Origin: Monocercomonoides exilis PA203
Taxonomy: Eukaryota > Protista > Preaxostyla
NCBI GenBank assembly: GCA_001643675.2
Contig: LSRY02000051.1
Location: forward strand, 124,001-188,000
Length of the DNA stretch: 64,000 bases
Reading direction: 5' to 3'
Positions 48,180 to 60,725 of this stretch are shown piece after piece. How positions within the stretch are numbered: the first letter of the stretch is position 1; the number at the start of each line of letters is the position of its first letter. The notes below the pieces were generated by a model. It searched no databases. It worked only from the letters and a program-made list of their open reading frames with translations, and had not been told where the DNA came from. The position numbers and the translations under genes are program-made.

Positions 48180-49581
48180 ATGACTGAAAAATCTGAATTA
48201 TCATCAACTCAGTTGCACAGAGTTCTTGCAACGAAGGAATATCGCGCATTCAAATCCCCCTCGAAAAAGCTTTTCGCGATTCGACAAAGTTTTCAAGTGA
48301 AATATTCGACTACCATCAAAGCAAAAGTTGTGTCAAAAGATGCATGGAAAAGAGGGATAAGAGCGGAAAGAGCTGGCAGAGAGGCTGGAAGGAATGGGCA
48401 CACTCAGGCAATAACGAACAACCAATTGGAAGAAATAGAGAACCAGGTGGTTGTCATTTTATCAAATCAGACAATAGTTCGAATTCGCGATGTGCAACAC
48501 ATGGTTTGCAATATTTGTTGATTTGTTTTTGTGATATTTTCATGTTGCAAAGTGTGTTGATCTAATAAAAAAATCATCAAAACAAAAGAAAGAATACAAA
48601 ACAATCAACAGAAAATATGAGTTCAAATTAATTCAACGAAGTGATTCATTGAAGGCTGCTTTCGCAAGGTATACGGATGTGGCAAAAAAATCAGCGCAGT
48701 CACCAGAAAATATCAGAGGATGGTTTTCGGAATTGTTGAACACTGTTACGGAATACAATATCACAACTGCGGATATATTCTATTTTGATGAATCGTCAAT
48801 TTCATGTGGGGAATCATCGAATAAACTGGCTGTTTGCCTTAAAGGTCAAACTCCTCCACAAATTCCCGTCGCTCCGAAAGTCCCGAATGCAACTATATGC
48901 CTTTGTATCTGCGCTGACGGATCCTCATTGCCACGATTTCTTCTTTGGCCAAAGAAAACACTCCCGAAAGAGTTTCGAACTCTTTCTTCGTTTGATATCA
49001 GATATATTTTTTCATCTTCCGTGTGGATCACTAAGGATATCTTCAAGTTCATCATGATTAATTACTGGATTCCATTAATCGTTGAGAAAGTGAAACCTAC
49101 AAGTTCTCATCGTGCACTTTTATTAATGAATAATCATTCAACTCACAATGACGAAACTGTAATTGAAGCAGCTTAAAAAATTACATCATTCTGAAAAAAT
49201 TCCTACCAAATATGACACATTTGCTTCAGCCGGGTGACTCATGTGTTTTTTCTCGACTTAAATCCACTTTGAGTTACAAATTTGTTATTCCTTCTCCATT
49301 TTCTCTCCCTTCTCATCGAACCCAACTTGCTGAAGTTCTTCCTGAAGCCTTGGCAGCTGCATGTACACCTTCAACAATAAAAGCAGCGTTCATTATGACA
49401 GGAGTCTGGCCTGTTGCTGCAGCTGCCGTTCTCTCTCATGTATCTGGAGCACCTTTTGGAGCCTCTCCATTGAAAGAATATCTTCCTTCTTCGTCTCAAG
49501 ATTTGCGTGAAGAACTTTTTGGAAGCTATTCTCCAGGAAAAAGGCAAAGTGTTTCGGCTTCATCAAAACCATCAGATACTT
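48180..49581 (+). pseudogene. pogo-like transposase pseudogene with one intron (48504-48552)
   Basis: Spliced frame 48180-48503 + 48553-49176 is open. Motifs FYFDES, CADG, MNNHSTH (2nd catalytic D replaced by N), then a stop/frameshift near 49175, then THLLQPGD and AFIMTGVWP. Confidence 0.88.
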
Positions 49582-49836
49582 GTGTGATAATTTTTGAAAT
49601 CAAATTATTTCCTTTAAAAGATTCGGTTCGAAATATTTTATTGAATTCTAACAAAAAACATTAAGAAGTGAATATATTTATTATATATATTCACTTCTTT
49701 ATTTCAGCTCAATCATTTATTTAAAAAATGGTTTTGATGAAAATTTTCAAAAAAATCCAAAATCTTTGTTCAAAGACAAACAACCTTTGAAAAAAAAACA
49801 CCCCGAAAAAAGTTATGATTTCAAAAATAATCACCC
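49582..49836. mobile_element. MITE family A, copy 4, nested in the pogo element
   Basis: Termini GTGTGATAATTTTTGAAATCAAA and TTATGATTTCAAAAATAATCACCC; 255 bp. Right subterminal sequence resembles copy 2. Confidence 0.78.
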
Positions 49837-52800
49837 ATTTATTCTGCAGAAAAAGAAAACTCGGAAAAATCAGCTTCATCGAACATACCGACCTGTTCTT
49901 CTCTGTCTGATAATCACGAATTAAATATAACAGCAATTATTGAAGATTTGGACAGCTTTGAATTTAAAAAACAACTTGAAGAAGCTGAAAAACATCTTGC
50001 ATTTCTTCGATCGATATATAAAGAAATTGAAAAATCAAATGTTTTTTCGACTTTTTCAACTTAGAAAACAAAGCATTCTCGAAAAGAATTCAGCATTCTT
50101 TTGTCAAGCTCTTCTTCAAATGAAGATTAAAGAGAAAGAAAACAGAAAAAGAAAAAGAAAATTTAAAAAATCGAAAACGATGATGTGAGTGTAGGAAGCG
50201 ACCCTGAGGAAAGAAGAAAATTGAAAAGGAGAAGTTAATTCAAAGAACAGTTTCACCGTCTTTCATCAAAAAAGAAATTGAATATCGCGAAAAGTATTAT
50301 TCTTCGTTGTCATCGTAGTTTGTTTGTTTTTTTCTCACGGAAAAGTTTGCAACTGCTGAAAGTGATAATTGATAAAGAAGAACGAGTAAGGAACTTTCTT
50401 AAAAATTATTATTCTTGTTATGTGGGAAATTGATGAAGTTGAAAAAGTTTTAAAAAGGAATTCGTAACCTTTTTATCTCAAATACCAAACAATAAAACTT
50501 ATCCATTAATGATGCTCTTGTCCTATTTTTTTCAAAGCTCAACGATTAGAAATGAATAGTGTACAAATATCAAAATATGAACTTTTTATTCAATTTGTAA
50601 GTGCGGGTTTAGTTCCAGGGGGCGGGTTAAGCATCCATGGTAACTATGGAAACACAAGTAAAGAAATCCCTCTGCGCATCTATCTCATTCACAATCCAAC
50701 AGAAATTCATGTGAGCAACATTGAGGCATCACATCACACACATTGTGGAAATGTAAATTTTCCATTCTTGACAATGAAGCACTTCCTCACACGACTTGCA
50801 TGTGCAAAGAAAATTGTTGTTAATGGAATGATTTTAATGAGTGATGAAATGTCTTTTGATGAACGCAAGCATGAAATCTTAGGAAATAATGATCGAAGTG
50901 GATGAACAGTTGCTGAATAAAGTGAAACATCCAATTCAAAGACGATTTCTGCAAATGTTGAAACAGAATTATCAAAATTTATCTTCTCTCTTCATTTTTC
51001 TCCTTGTTCTTTTCATTTTGCACAAAACTTACAACTATCTCTTCCAGTTTTCTCGTTGGCTCTAACAGGCTCATCATTCGTCACAAAAAATAGCGTCGAA
51101 TTTTGCAACTGCCTAGCATCTTTCCTTTCTTTTTCCTCTGCACGTTCAAATCAAACGATGCAAATTTTTCTGTTGGTATTTTCAGCAGCTTACCCACTCT
51201 CCCTGTTCTCTTGTGCTGAAAATGAACACCAACTGAATACGAAGTGTGGAAGAGTCCTGTTGCAAGGACAGGCGAAAAGAAATGAAGAATCATCCCTTTT
51301 GCTTTACCATTCACAAAATTCCTATTCTCCATGTCAAGTGCTTGCTTAACCAGTTGCATCTTTATTTCTTCTTTGATTTTGACTTAAACTCCTGATGAAC
51401 AAATAGATCTCAGTTCTTCACATTTTCTTCCTCTTCCTTTTTCTCCTTAGCCTCTTTTCTCTCCTCCAGCATTACCAGTATAATAGCTGCTCGTGGTTCA
51501 GATCCATCTGCCATCCTTTCTCCAGCCACTTTTAACACTTTCTCCGCTATTAATCCCCATTTTCTCACCATCATACCTCATCCAATTACCTCTTCATTAA
51601 GTTTCACTACCACATGGATCGACTGCAGCCAATAAGGAAATTGCTTTGTAATAGCCATAAATGACACATTAAACTGCGACATTCAGCTTTTGTTGAGCAC
51701 AGCGAAGCACTCAACCTCACATTATTTCCTCAGCAATGGATTCTTATGGTATTCATGAATGCTCCTTCCTTTTGAGAAAAATGATTTCTCAGAGACCTCT
51801 CGATTTCACTTCACACTGCCGATAATGAAGACAACTCAACCGCACCTTTCGTTGAAAGACATAATAATTCTTGTTGATGAATGAAGAACAAGTTCATCTT
51901 TGTTGATGAAACTTACTTTCATTCTTTGTTTCTGCACTGCAAAAGAACTGGAAAAGAATAGTGATAAGCAAATATTGAAAACGCTGATGACGCAGAAGAA
52001 GAGGATGATGATAAGGAGGAAAAAGATGAAAATATGAAAGAAGGAGAGGAAGATGAGCACGAGGAAAAAGTCATTGGCAAAGATTATGAAAAATAATATT
52101 TAATTATGAAATATCATAGCAATTCGGATGAGAATAAAATCCTTATGAACATGGAATGGTGTCGCCGTCACTCATTCCCATTTGATGAGCTTTTCAAAAA
52201 GAAGTGTGTCACATCGCATTTTGCGTTGAAACCTTCATGTTGAAGCCTTGCTTAATAAACTGTTGAACAAGAACCCATATTTATCTGTCCCATTTCATTT
52301 AGTATCGAAAGTGCTTTCTTCTTCATTCTTCAATAAATATTCCACAATCATGCCCCTCTCTTCCAATTGCAATAAAGGAGAAAGTCGTTTGGAATGATAT
52401 TCTTCCAAGCTCCAATCTCATCGATTGATGTTGTTTCCTCACCTTTAAGTCATTAACATCATGATTTCCCCACGATCAGCTTCTTTCCAATTCCGAAAAC
52501 GAACCAAAGTATACTCTTGCCTATTTTCCTAAGTGTTTTTTATTTCTGTTGTTTTTCTTTTTGATCGGGATTTCATCCTTTAGTCTTCACTTGTTCATTT
52601 ATAAGCATAATTTGACTTTATCTCTTGCTCTAAAAGAAAAATTATAAAAAGCACATCTTTTGCAAATATTCTCCGAATTGCAAATTGATAAGCATAAATC
52701 AGCTCCATTCTCATTGTATTGCTCTGAAAAGAGAAGATTGGCCATTCCAATAATAATCCGGATTCCCGCACTTTGGAAAGAATACAGATGGAAATATCTT

Positions 52801-53165
52801 CACAATCAATAGAACAATAAAAGTCACATCCATAATGTCTTTTGCGTTGTTAACCACATTGTTGTATTCCCATTGTTCATCCAATATCTAAAAATCATTT
52901 GATAGAAATCCGAAATTTTTGCTTCTCCACCATTTCTTGTAGTTATCACAAAAAAGAATATTGCAACTTCAACAGGAAATGTTCATTCATTAATCCTTCA
53001 TTTTGTTTATCTTTATTCCTTTCGAAATATCCAAATTGATCAAAGCATCCATCACAACAAAGAGAATAAAAAAAGCATTCTTTTCCTTTATAATTACAAG
53101 TCGAAAATGTCAACGCTTGATGGAACGGTTTGAATGCATTTTTTTTGTCATTTGTAAGCTTTTAA

Positions 53166-55355
53166 AAAGTCATGGACAAAACCCGGGAATGTCCAATCAA
53201 TTGAAAAGTTTTTCAACAATTGACTCCACTTCCTAATTTCTTTTCTTTTTTTTTTTAATTGACAAAAAAAATATTATTTGAAAAAATGTTCATACGATGT
53301 TTATTCAATAATTTTTTCTTGATTACAAATGAAACGAGCATTCAAAATCACTATCGAAAAGAAACATTGGCTGATATGAGACCATATAAAAATAATCGAA
53401 CAAAATGAAAAAAAATTCTATCATCAAGTTGCAAAACAAAATTGTTTGAAAAGAAAAGTCGCTTTAGCTGAAATAAAATTGTTTTCCACATTTTGTTTCA
53501 GACACTTGTTTTATTTTTCGTTTTTCTCCTGAAAACAAAGAAAATTCATCTATTTCTTCTTCACGAGTTTGTTCTGATGACTTGCATTTTGTTTTCACGT
53601 CGCATTTATCCTCGTTTGCTTTCCTCTCTGACATTTGCTTTTGTGGATTGTCTTTCAAGGAGCTGGATTGACTTTTTTCTTTTTCTCGGAACAATAAAAT
53701 AAGAATGAATTAGATAAACATTTCATTCAAATTTGATGAAGATTTTCAAACCTTCTTCACTTGGTTCGTTCTCCTAAACAAAATCATCACTTGCTAAAAC
53801 TTTCATGTTAAAGACTCCATTTGATGCACGGGTTGATGAACTAATTGAAGATATTTTTGTGGTTGAAGACTGATTCTGCAGTCTTAAACAACTGACGGAT
53901 CAAATGGCTCAATCCCGCAAGCGTAGAACGATTTTTTTAATAGTTCTTGGGTCAAGCGCAGCACTCACAGCATCTACCAATTTTGACATAAGAGCTTTTC
54001 TATATAATGATATTCCACTTTCAGTTGGAGGCTCAAATGATGCAGACAGTCCTTTTTTGAATTGAGCAAACACATTGCGATCAAGCTGTTGTTTCAAGTG
54101 TGTTGTGTGCGAAGGAAGAATAATAATTACGATTGAATGTTCACGACACCATGTGATAACAGGCCAGCGAAGCCTCAATTAATGCCACTCCATAATAATA
54201 AGCGCAGATGCTTCCGATTCATACAATTCAATTCTTTTTTGTAAACTATTGGAAAAATGTTTTTCATCATGATTTGTTCAAAGTCATTTTTAGTCATCTA
54301 TCCGCTTCCGTTTGCCACTATTTCTTGTCGATGATATTTTAATGCTGCAAGATCTTTTGGAACAGTTTTTTGGGGACAAATCATCACTGGATAAAAAGAA
54401 GATCCATCTGCAAATACTTTGAAAACCAATGTTGCGTCAGGCTGATGTTGTTGGGAGTGTGGCATTGGGTCTTCTTGATCTGATTGTTTTGTTACGTAAT
54501 TGTCATCCGATTAACACAAACTGACTCCTGTTTCGTCTATATTTAATATCAGATCGGCGCAAATTTTGTTTGTTCTTATTGTGTCCCCCAGCAATGAAAA
54601 CCACGCTGAAATGTTTTCCGTTGAAGATGCAAGCAACCTTTTCACATCAATGGATTTTGGTTTTACCATTTGCAAGGCATTGCTTCTTTTGATGAACCGT
54701 CTTGCCCATTTTTCATTAATTTCTGCCAATTCGCTGTTGTCATCCTTGTTTCTGTTTTTTCTTTGCAAGACGTGTTCAGCCTGAATATGCAACACAAAAA
54801 TAGTTTATTTCAAAATCAAAACAAAAACCAAACGATTTTTTTTATGTCTTTGAATGTAATTTTTTCCGTCGAAAGAAAAAGAGATTTGACACAGTCTTCT
54901 ATTTCTTCTTGTTCTTCTTTGTTGAACAAATTCGGTCTTCCATTGTGTTGGAGATCTCTTCCATGCTTTAAAGAAGAGATATGTCGATATAGAACTGAAA
55001 AAGAAACAAAGCCAGATGAAATGATGCTTTTGTGTGGAATCTCTTTTTTTGTTAGAAGAAAGTTTTTTTTTCAACTTTTGAGTTTTATCTTCAAAATTCC
55101 ACAGTGGCAAAACCTTTGAAAGTTCTGAAGACGAAGAAAAAGAAGACATATTGCAAAAAAAAGCAAACATTAAGGCTTTGTGATCCATTCATTTCATTGA
55201 ATTAATTCAATAATTTTATCATTTCATAAAAAGAAAACATGGAACAATTGAAGAACAAAAGGAAGATGTTTGATTTTTTCAATATCAAATTCTTCAACGC
55301 ACTTTTTCTTTTTTGAGTTTTTAATTGGACATTCCCGGGTTTTGTCCATGACTTT
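53166..55355 (-). mobile_element. Third pogo-like transposon (2190 bp) with perfect 32-bp TIRs
   Basis: AAAGTCATGGACAAAACCCGGGAATGTCCAAT at 53166-53197, with its reverse complement at 55324-55355. TSD unclear. Confidence 0.9.
53850..55190 (-). pseudogene. pogo-like transposase pseudogene with one intron (54781-54833); limits approximate
   Basis: Motifs KWARRFIKR, LNIDETG, VFADG and LPSHTTHLKQQLDRNVFAQFKK, with several stops and frameshifts. Confidence 0.85.
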
Positions 55356-56068
55356 ATCAAAAAAAAAAATTATTTTTGCTAAAAATTATGGATTCCATTT
55401 CAAACATTTTTTTGCATAATTAAATTGTGCACATTGAGATATGTGCACAGAATAAGTTTGGAACAAAACATGTCATTTTTTTTAAATCAAAAAAATTATG
55501 CCCCATATTCATGTTCTTTTGTCGATACATGTTGTTTTTCAGGCTTTCATTTCTTTTCATCTTTCATAACCCAAATGATCCATTGACAAAAAAGTGCAAA
55601 AAAGCAACAATTCACAAAATATATCGAACCTTCAAAAATTATCTGTTTTTTATTTTTATCTCACTCTTCTTCGCATTTTAATGAGAAACATCTTTCACTT
55701 ATTGCGAAAATCCCAAGATTTCATTTTTTGAGCTCAAATGTTTAACATTTCGAAATTTTGAATGGAATAAATTCCAATGTTATGATTTTTAATAACTCTT
55801 TTTTTCTTTCAAAAGTATTATTATTCAAATAAACTGTTGGTTATGATCAAAAAGAAACAAAAAATTTCCTTTTCTGGCCTCACGCTTCCAATCCTTGCGG
55901 CTTCTTTACGCTTTATTTTTCACTTCTTTTTATAAAGCCAAAACAAAACAGATTGAATAGCGATCATTTTAGGACTGCAAGATAATCAATGTTGTTTGTA
56001 TTTATCTTTTATTTTGTTTCTAATCATATTTTGCCCATCATTTTGAATATTTTTTTGCAACAACCAGA

Positions 56069-57544
56069 ATGAATATGTCAAATGCTGATAAATTTCAAAA
56101 AAGAGTTCAGGTCATGACCAAATCTGAGCAGTTTTCAAGTTTGAAGTTTTGTTTAAATTAAACAATTTTGAACAAAATTTTTGTTTTTTTTGAATACCCT
56201 TCGCAGAATTGCTTTCTGAGCTTGGGCATTGCAGAGAAGATGAACAAATGCAGAAAATTGAAGAGATAAACAAATTGGTAGAAAAAATGAATGAAAAAGA
56301 TTTCAGATCAATTTTCACAAAAGAACTGTTCAAAAAAATTCATAAAATGATTGAAGAAAGGAAGCTTTCGATGAAAAATGCCCTTTTACTATTGAAGCAC
56401 GTTGGACATTGCAAAGAGCTGAAACGCTTTTATAGTTATGAATTTAGTGATTCTTTTTTTTGCAATCGATTTCATGAAATGATAAAGGAAGAAGCAGAGA
56501 GAAAAGAAGAAGAGAGAAAAGAAGAAGAGAACGACAGGCTTTTGGTAGATCTTTGCGAATGCTTTTTTTTGCTTGGCGAAGGAATTACTTCAGACTTTCC
56601 TTCAATTTATGTGCCTTTCCTTCTGAAGACTGCCTCGAAGAAAGAGGAAAACGAGGAAACTCAAAAAGAAGTGGAAATATCATTGCTAACTTTGAGTTGC
56701 ATAACAGCAGGATATGTATGAACATTTCTATTTCATTTTTGATGTTGCAGTAATTTTTTTAAAATCATTTTTTCATTAGATAGTCGAACAAAAACTGTAT
56801 TTGGATGAGATAACAGAAATTATAAAATATCACCAGGAGCATCAGAATCTGACGAGACTTGCCTATCGATCCGCTTGGAGGTTTCTGATAAACCGATTAC
56901 ACCGAGATGAAAGCTTGGAAAATGTTATGGTGAATGAGCTCCATTTTCTGAGAGAGGCAACAAAAGAATTGGAAGAACTGTCAAAATGTGTGGATTGGAC
57001 AAGAAAAGAAGAGGAGGAAAAAGAAAATGGAAGAATTGAAGTGCATATAATCTTCAGATGGATCGATGAAATTTTTTATTTCTTTCGCTTTTACACATTG
57101 TGGAACGAAGAACTTGTTGGACTTATCAATAGCATTGTTCAGGTCTTTCGACTAGCAAAAGATAATTACCCAGATACAAGCTATGGATGCATTTCTTCAT
57201 TAGAAAGAGCAATAGAAAAGAGAAATGTGAAAAATAATGACTTGTTGGAAAGCAGAGCCTTCGGTCTCTTTTTGGAGGAAATGAAGCAATCAACTTTGCA
57301 AGAAGTTATTATGTGTAGTTGTTTGCATTTCTTTTTGAATGTTGCAGGAAGATTGAATAAAAAGATGGATGGAGAGATGGATGAAACGAAAAGAAATGCA
57401 TTGAAAAGAAAGGTATTTGATAGAATGGAGGAAGAAGGATGTGAAGATATTATCACAAGCTTTCATGAATTTTTGAAGGATTTTCAAAGATATCTTGATC
57501 ATTCATTATCTTTGAATGTTGCAGATTATTTTGTGAATGTTTGA
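56069..57544 (+). CDS. Hypothetical protein of a helical (possibly ARM-like) multigene family, 3 exons
   Basis: Exons 56069-56138, 56207-56715 and 56780-57544 join in frame through GT-AG introns (start could be 56069, 56075 or 56114). Motifs LLVDLCECF and ETQKEVEISLLTLS are shared with the paralogue at 60.7-62.1 kb. Confidence 0.78.
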
Positions 57545-59120
57545 GAAAATGAAAATCATTAACGATTTAAAAATTGTTCTTCTATATTTTCGTATTTTTC
57601 TATTTTCTAATTTTTTTTATATTTTATATTTATATTTATATTTATATTATATTTTTTATTTTTTATTTTTTATTTTCTATTTTTTATTTTCTATTTTCTA
57701 TTTTCTATTTTTTATTTTTTATTTTTTATTTTATTTTTTTGTAAATCCAAAATTATATCCTTTTCTTTTTTATTCACTTCACAAAATGGAGAGAAAAATG
57801 AATGAAAAAAATAAATTTTAATTTTTATTTCCTTTTTCAAAAAAAAAATGAAATAAAAAATGAAAAATAAAAATGCTTTTCTCATTTTCAACATCAAGAA
57901 TCATTATTGAATGAATTGTTGCTTTTCATCTTCATCAAATAAATTCTTTTATTTCCAGTTGTTCAATTGTTCAGTCATCACCTTTTGTATTCTCTCAATT
58001 GTTTTTTTCTTTCTCTTTCTTGATGCATTTTCAAACAGTTTAAAGAAGAAGAGGAAAGTAAAGGCAATTCTTGAGAAGATTTCAAAAGCATCAAAGATTA
58101 ATGTTTGTTGAAGAATCCAGTCACAAATGTCATTATTGATGAATAAATCAGTTATTAAAAACTATGAAGAGGAAGTTATAATTTTTGAAATGAAATTCGA
58201 AACGTGTTTGACTGAAGCAAGTCAATCACGATTTAATTCTTTCTCTCTATTTCTTTCTCTTGTTTGTCAACTTTTCCAATCGGCAATAAAACAGTTCATC
58301 CTCTTTTCATTTTCATTTTATCGAAAAAGAAATTTCAATTGATGATTTTCTTCATTCTCTTCACTGAAAATTACAATTCTTCCTTCTTCTTTTGAAAAGT
58401 TCTCCATTCAATTCTCAAAACAATTTCATTGTATAAATCATCTCAAAACAATTGCATCTGTGTTTTCTTTTTCTTTTTTCTTTTCTTTTTTCTCTTTTGT
58501 TCAGAAATCTTTTTGTGAAGCTCCACTAAATTTTAGTTTCATTGCTCTTCACTTCATTTCCATTCATCGTCGGAAAGCGGCTGAATGCAAGTTAAATTGA
58601 GTTGAATGTTTTCTTCATTTTCGAAATAGAATAAAGAAGAAGAAAAATAATAATGAAAAGAAGAAGAAGATGATGAGGAAGAAGAAAAAGAAGAAGATGG
58701 ATGGAGATAGGGAGGTGATGGGAATGAGGAGAAAGGTGGGTATCCAACAGTGCACAGAGAGTTTGTGGAGAGAATCAACGAGAACCAGGGGAAGCTGGGA
58801 GAAGCGATGGCTCCGCTGGTTGTGGAGGTGCTTGGGCTGAATCGGCTGAGGTTTGTGAAGGCAGAGACTGAGGTGGGTGTAAGCAAGCAGCATTCAGTGG
58901 AATCTAAAATGTGCAGTTCTTCTCCATCTGATGGCATCCAACAGGAGAACAGGAGAGCAGAAGAAGAAGCAGCAGATGGGTCTTTTGACATAACTTCGGA
59001 TGGAAGTGAAGGAAGTGTGGAGAAAGATGAGGAGCAGGAGCAAATGTCGATAATTGATTAGGCTACGAATGAGGAGCAAGGGAGAAGAATAATTCGTTCG
59101 ATTTGGAAGATAATAATTAA

Positions 59121-59286
<166 letters not shown>

Positions 59287-59552
59287 TGATTGGAGGTTTT
59301 GAATTGAAAAGGCAAATGATAACAAATACAAACAGAAAAGTTTGCAAAACTGACCTTCATCAGACTTCCTCTTATTTTTCGTTAGTATTTTTCTGGTGAA
59401 AGCAACCTCCAACTCCTTCACACATTTCACAAAACACTCTCACTCTCAAAAACAAAAAGCAGGAATTGTATGATAATCCCTTTTTTCATTTTCTTCCTTT
59501 CCTCATTTTCCATTTTCGCTTCCCTTCTTTAGTAATATTCATCTTTCCACGG

Positions 59553-59617
<65 letters not shown>
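59553..59617 (+). repeat. Poly-A tract (65 A)
   Basis: Seen directly. Confidence 0.95.
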
Positions 59618-59620
<3 letters not shown>

Positions 59621-60725
59621 CTCGTCAAAGTACTTCTTCAAAATATTCAAATCCCTCTCACATTGAGAAGCTTGAATGATAAAAAATACAATTAAATTTA
59701 ATTTAAAAATAGCAGCCTTCATTTGGAAATCCTGCTTAATCCAGTTTAAATATATTTTTTCCTGATCGATGTTTATTTTCCGCTCAACAAAAATTCATTA
59801 TTCCTTCATCCCTCACAGATTTATCATCTGATTTGACAACCATTCCTTTCTTCAGCATTTTTATCCTCAAATGTTTCATTGACTGGACCTAATGAAAATA
59901 TCAGAAATTTTTGTTTTCAGTTCAATTCGTTCAGTCACTGTTCTAAGCTGTAAACATTTCATAGGGGAAAATTACATCCAATTTCCTTTGCAATCTATTT
60001 GCCCTACCGAATTTCCATTCAAATCCATGAGAACTCGTTATTTAGTCAGAATATCATATATTTTCCATTCATGAGGTACATCAAATTCTTAGGCTCTGAG
60101 AAGTCCACAGATGGAATCATCCTTAAAATAAACAAGAATGGGGAAAAAACGCAAACATTAGAAATATTTTCTTTCAACACACAAATTGCTGTATTTGCTT
60201 TATAGATGCTTTTTTATAAAAATCTTCTCACAAAACGTCCTTCTTTTGATGTTTTTATTTTAATTATTTTGAATTCATTGTTATTTTTTTTTTTTTTGAA
60301 TCTCTGCATCAGATAATACTTCTAATTCTGAGAGGTATTTTCATTTGGCTTTTCTCAAATCTTGTTGATATGAAATTTCCACCTTTCGCACGCCATAATT
60401 TCAAGCAGCCATAACATTTTCTATCAAAAGACAAAGCGTTGATTTATCTCTTGAATTGCAAGCCAGAAATGCTTATGGACAAAAGGATTGTGTGGACACT
60501 GATATTTATGTGGCTGTTGCGAATATTTATTTTTCATCTATTTTGTAACGTTGAACGTGTGCACAATCGATGTGAATGATAAATTGCGGATGCTATCTGG
60601 ATGGATCGCTTTGCCGAAATGCAGGAAATGAACGCCTGCAAAACATTTGGTGGTTTGTGATCATAGTTGTTTTCAGGATCATGATGATGGCGTTTCTTTC
60701 CTTCTTTCTTACATTATTTTTGAAG

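Larger units (their letters stand above)
47818..50640 (+). mobile_element. Full-length decayed pogo-like transposon (2823 bp including a MITE insertion), TA TSD
   Basis: Left TIR CCATGGGTGCTTAACCCGCACCCTGGTGCTAAACGCGCAC; right TIR GTGCGGGTTTAGTTCCAGGGGGCGGGTTAAGCATCCATGG. TA at 47816-47817 and 50641-50642. Confidence 0.92.
47700..51050 (+). pseudogene. Fragment of a beta-helix surface-protein family gene, split by the pogo element (outer limits approximate)
   Basis: Removing 47818-50640 and one TA restores DNMRGYNYGNTSKEIPLRIYL...HTHCGNVNFPFLT. This resembles the IPL..YL / CG..PC module of the 37306-45087 protein. Confidence 0.6.

Noticed and set aside
50552-50905. 117-aa ORF as an independent gene
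   Set aside because: It is a chimera of the pogo right TIR and the interrupted host pseudogene fragment.
51400-52950. Coding-like fragments on the minus strand
   Set aside because: Too degraded to assign to any family from sequence alone.
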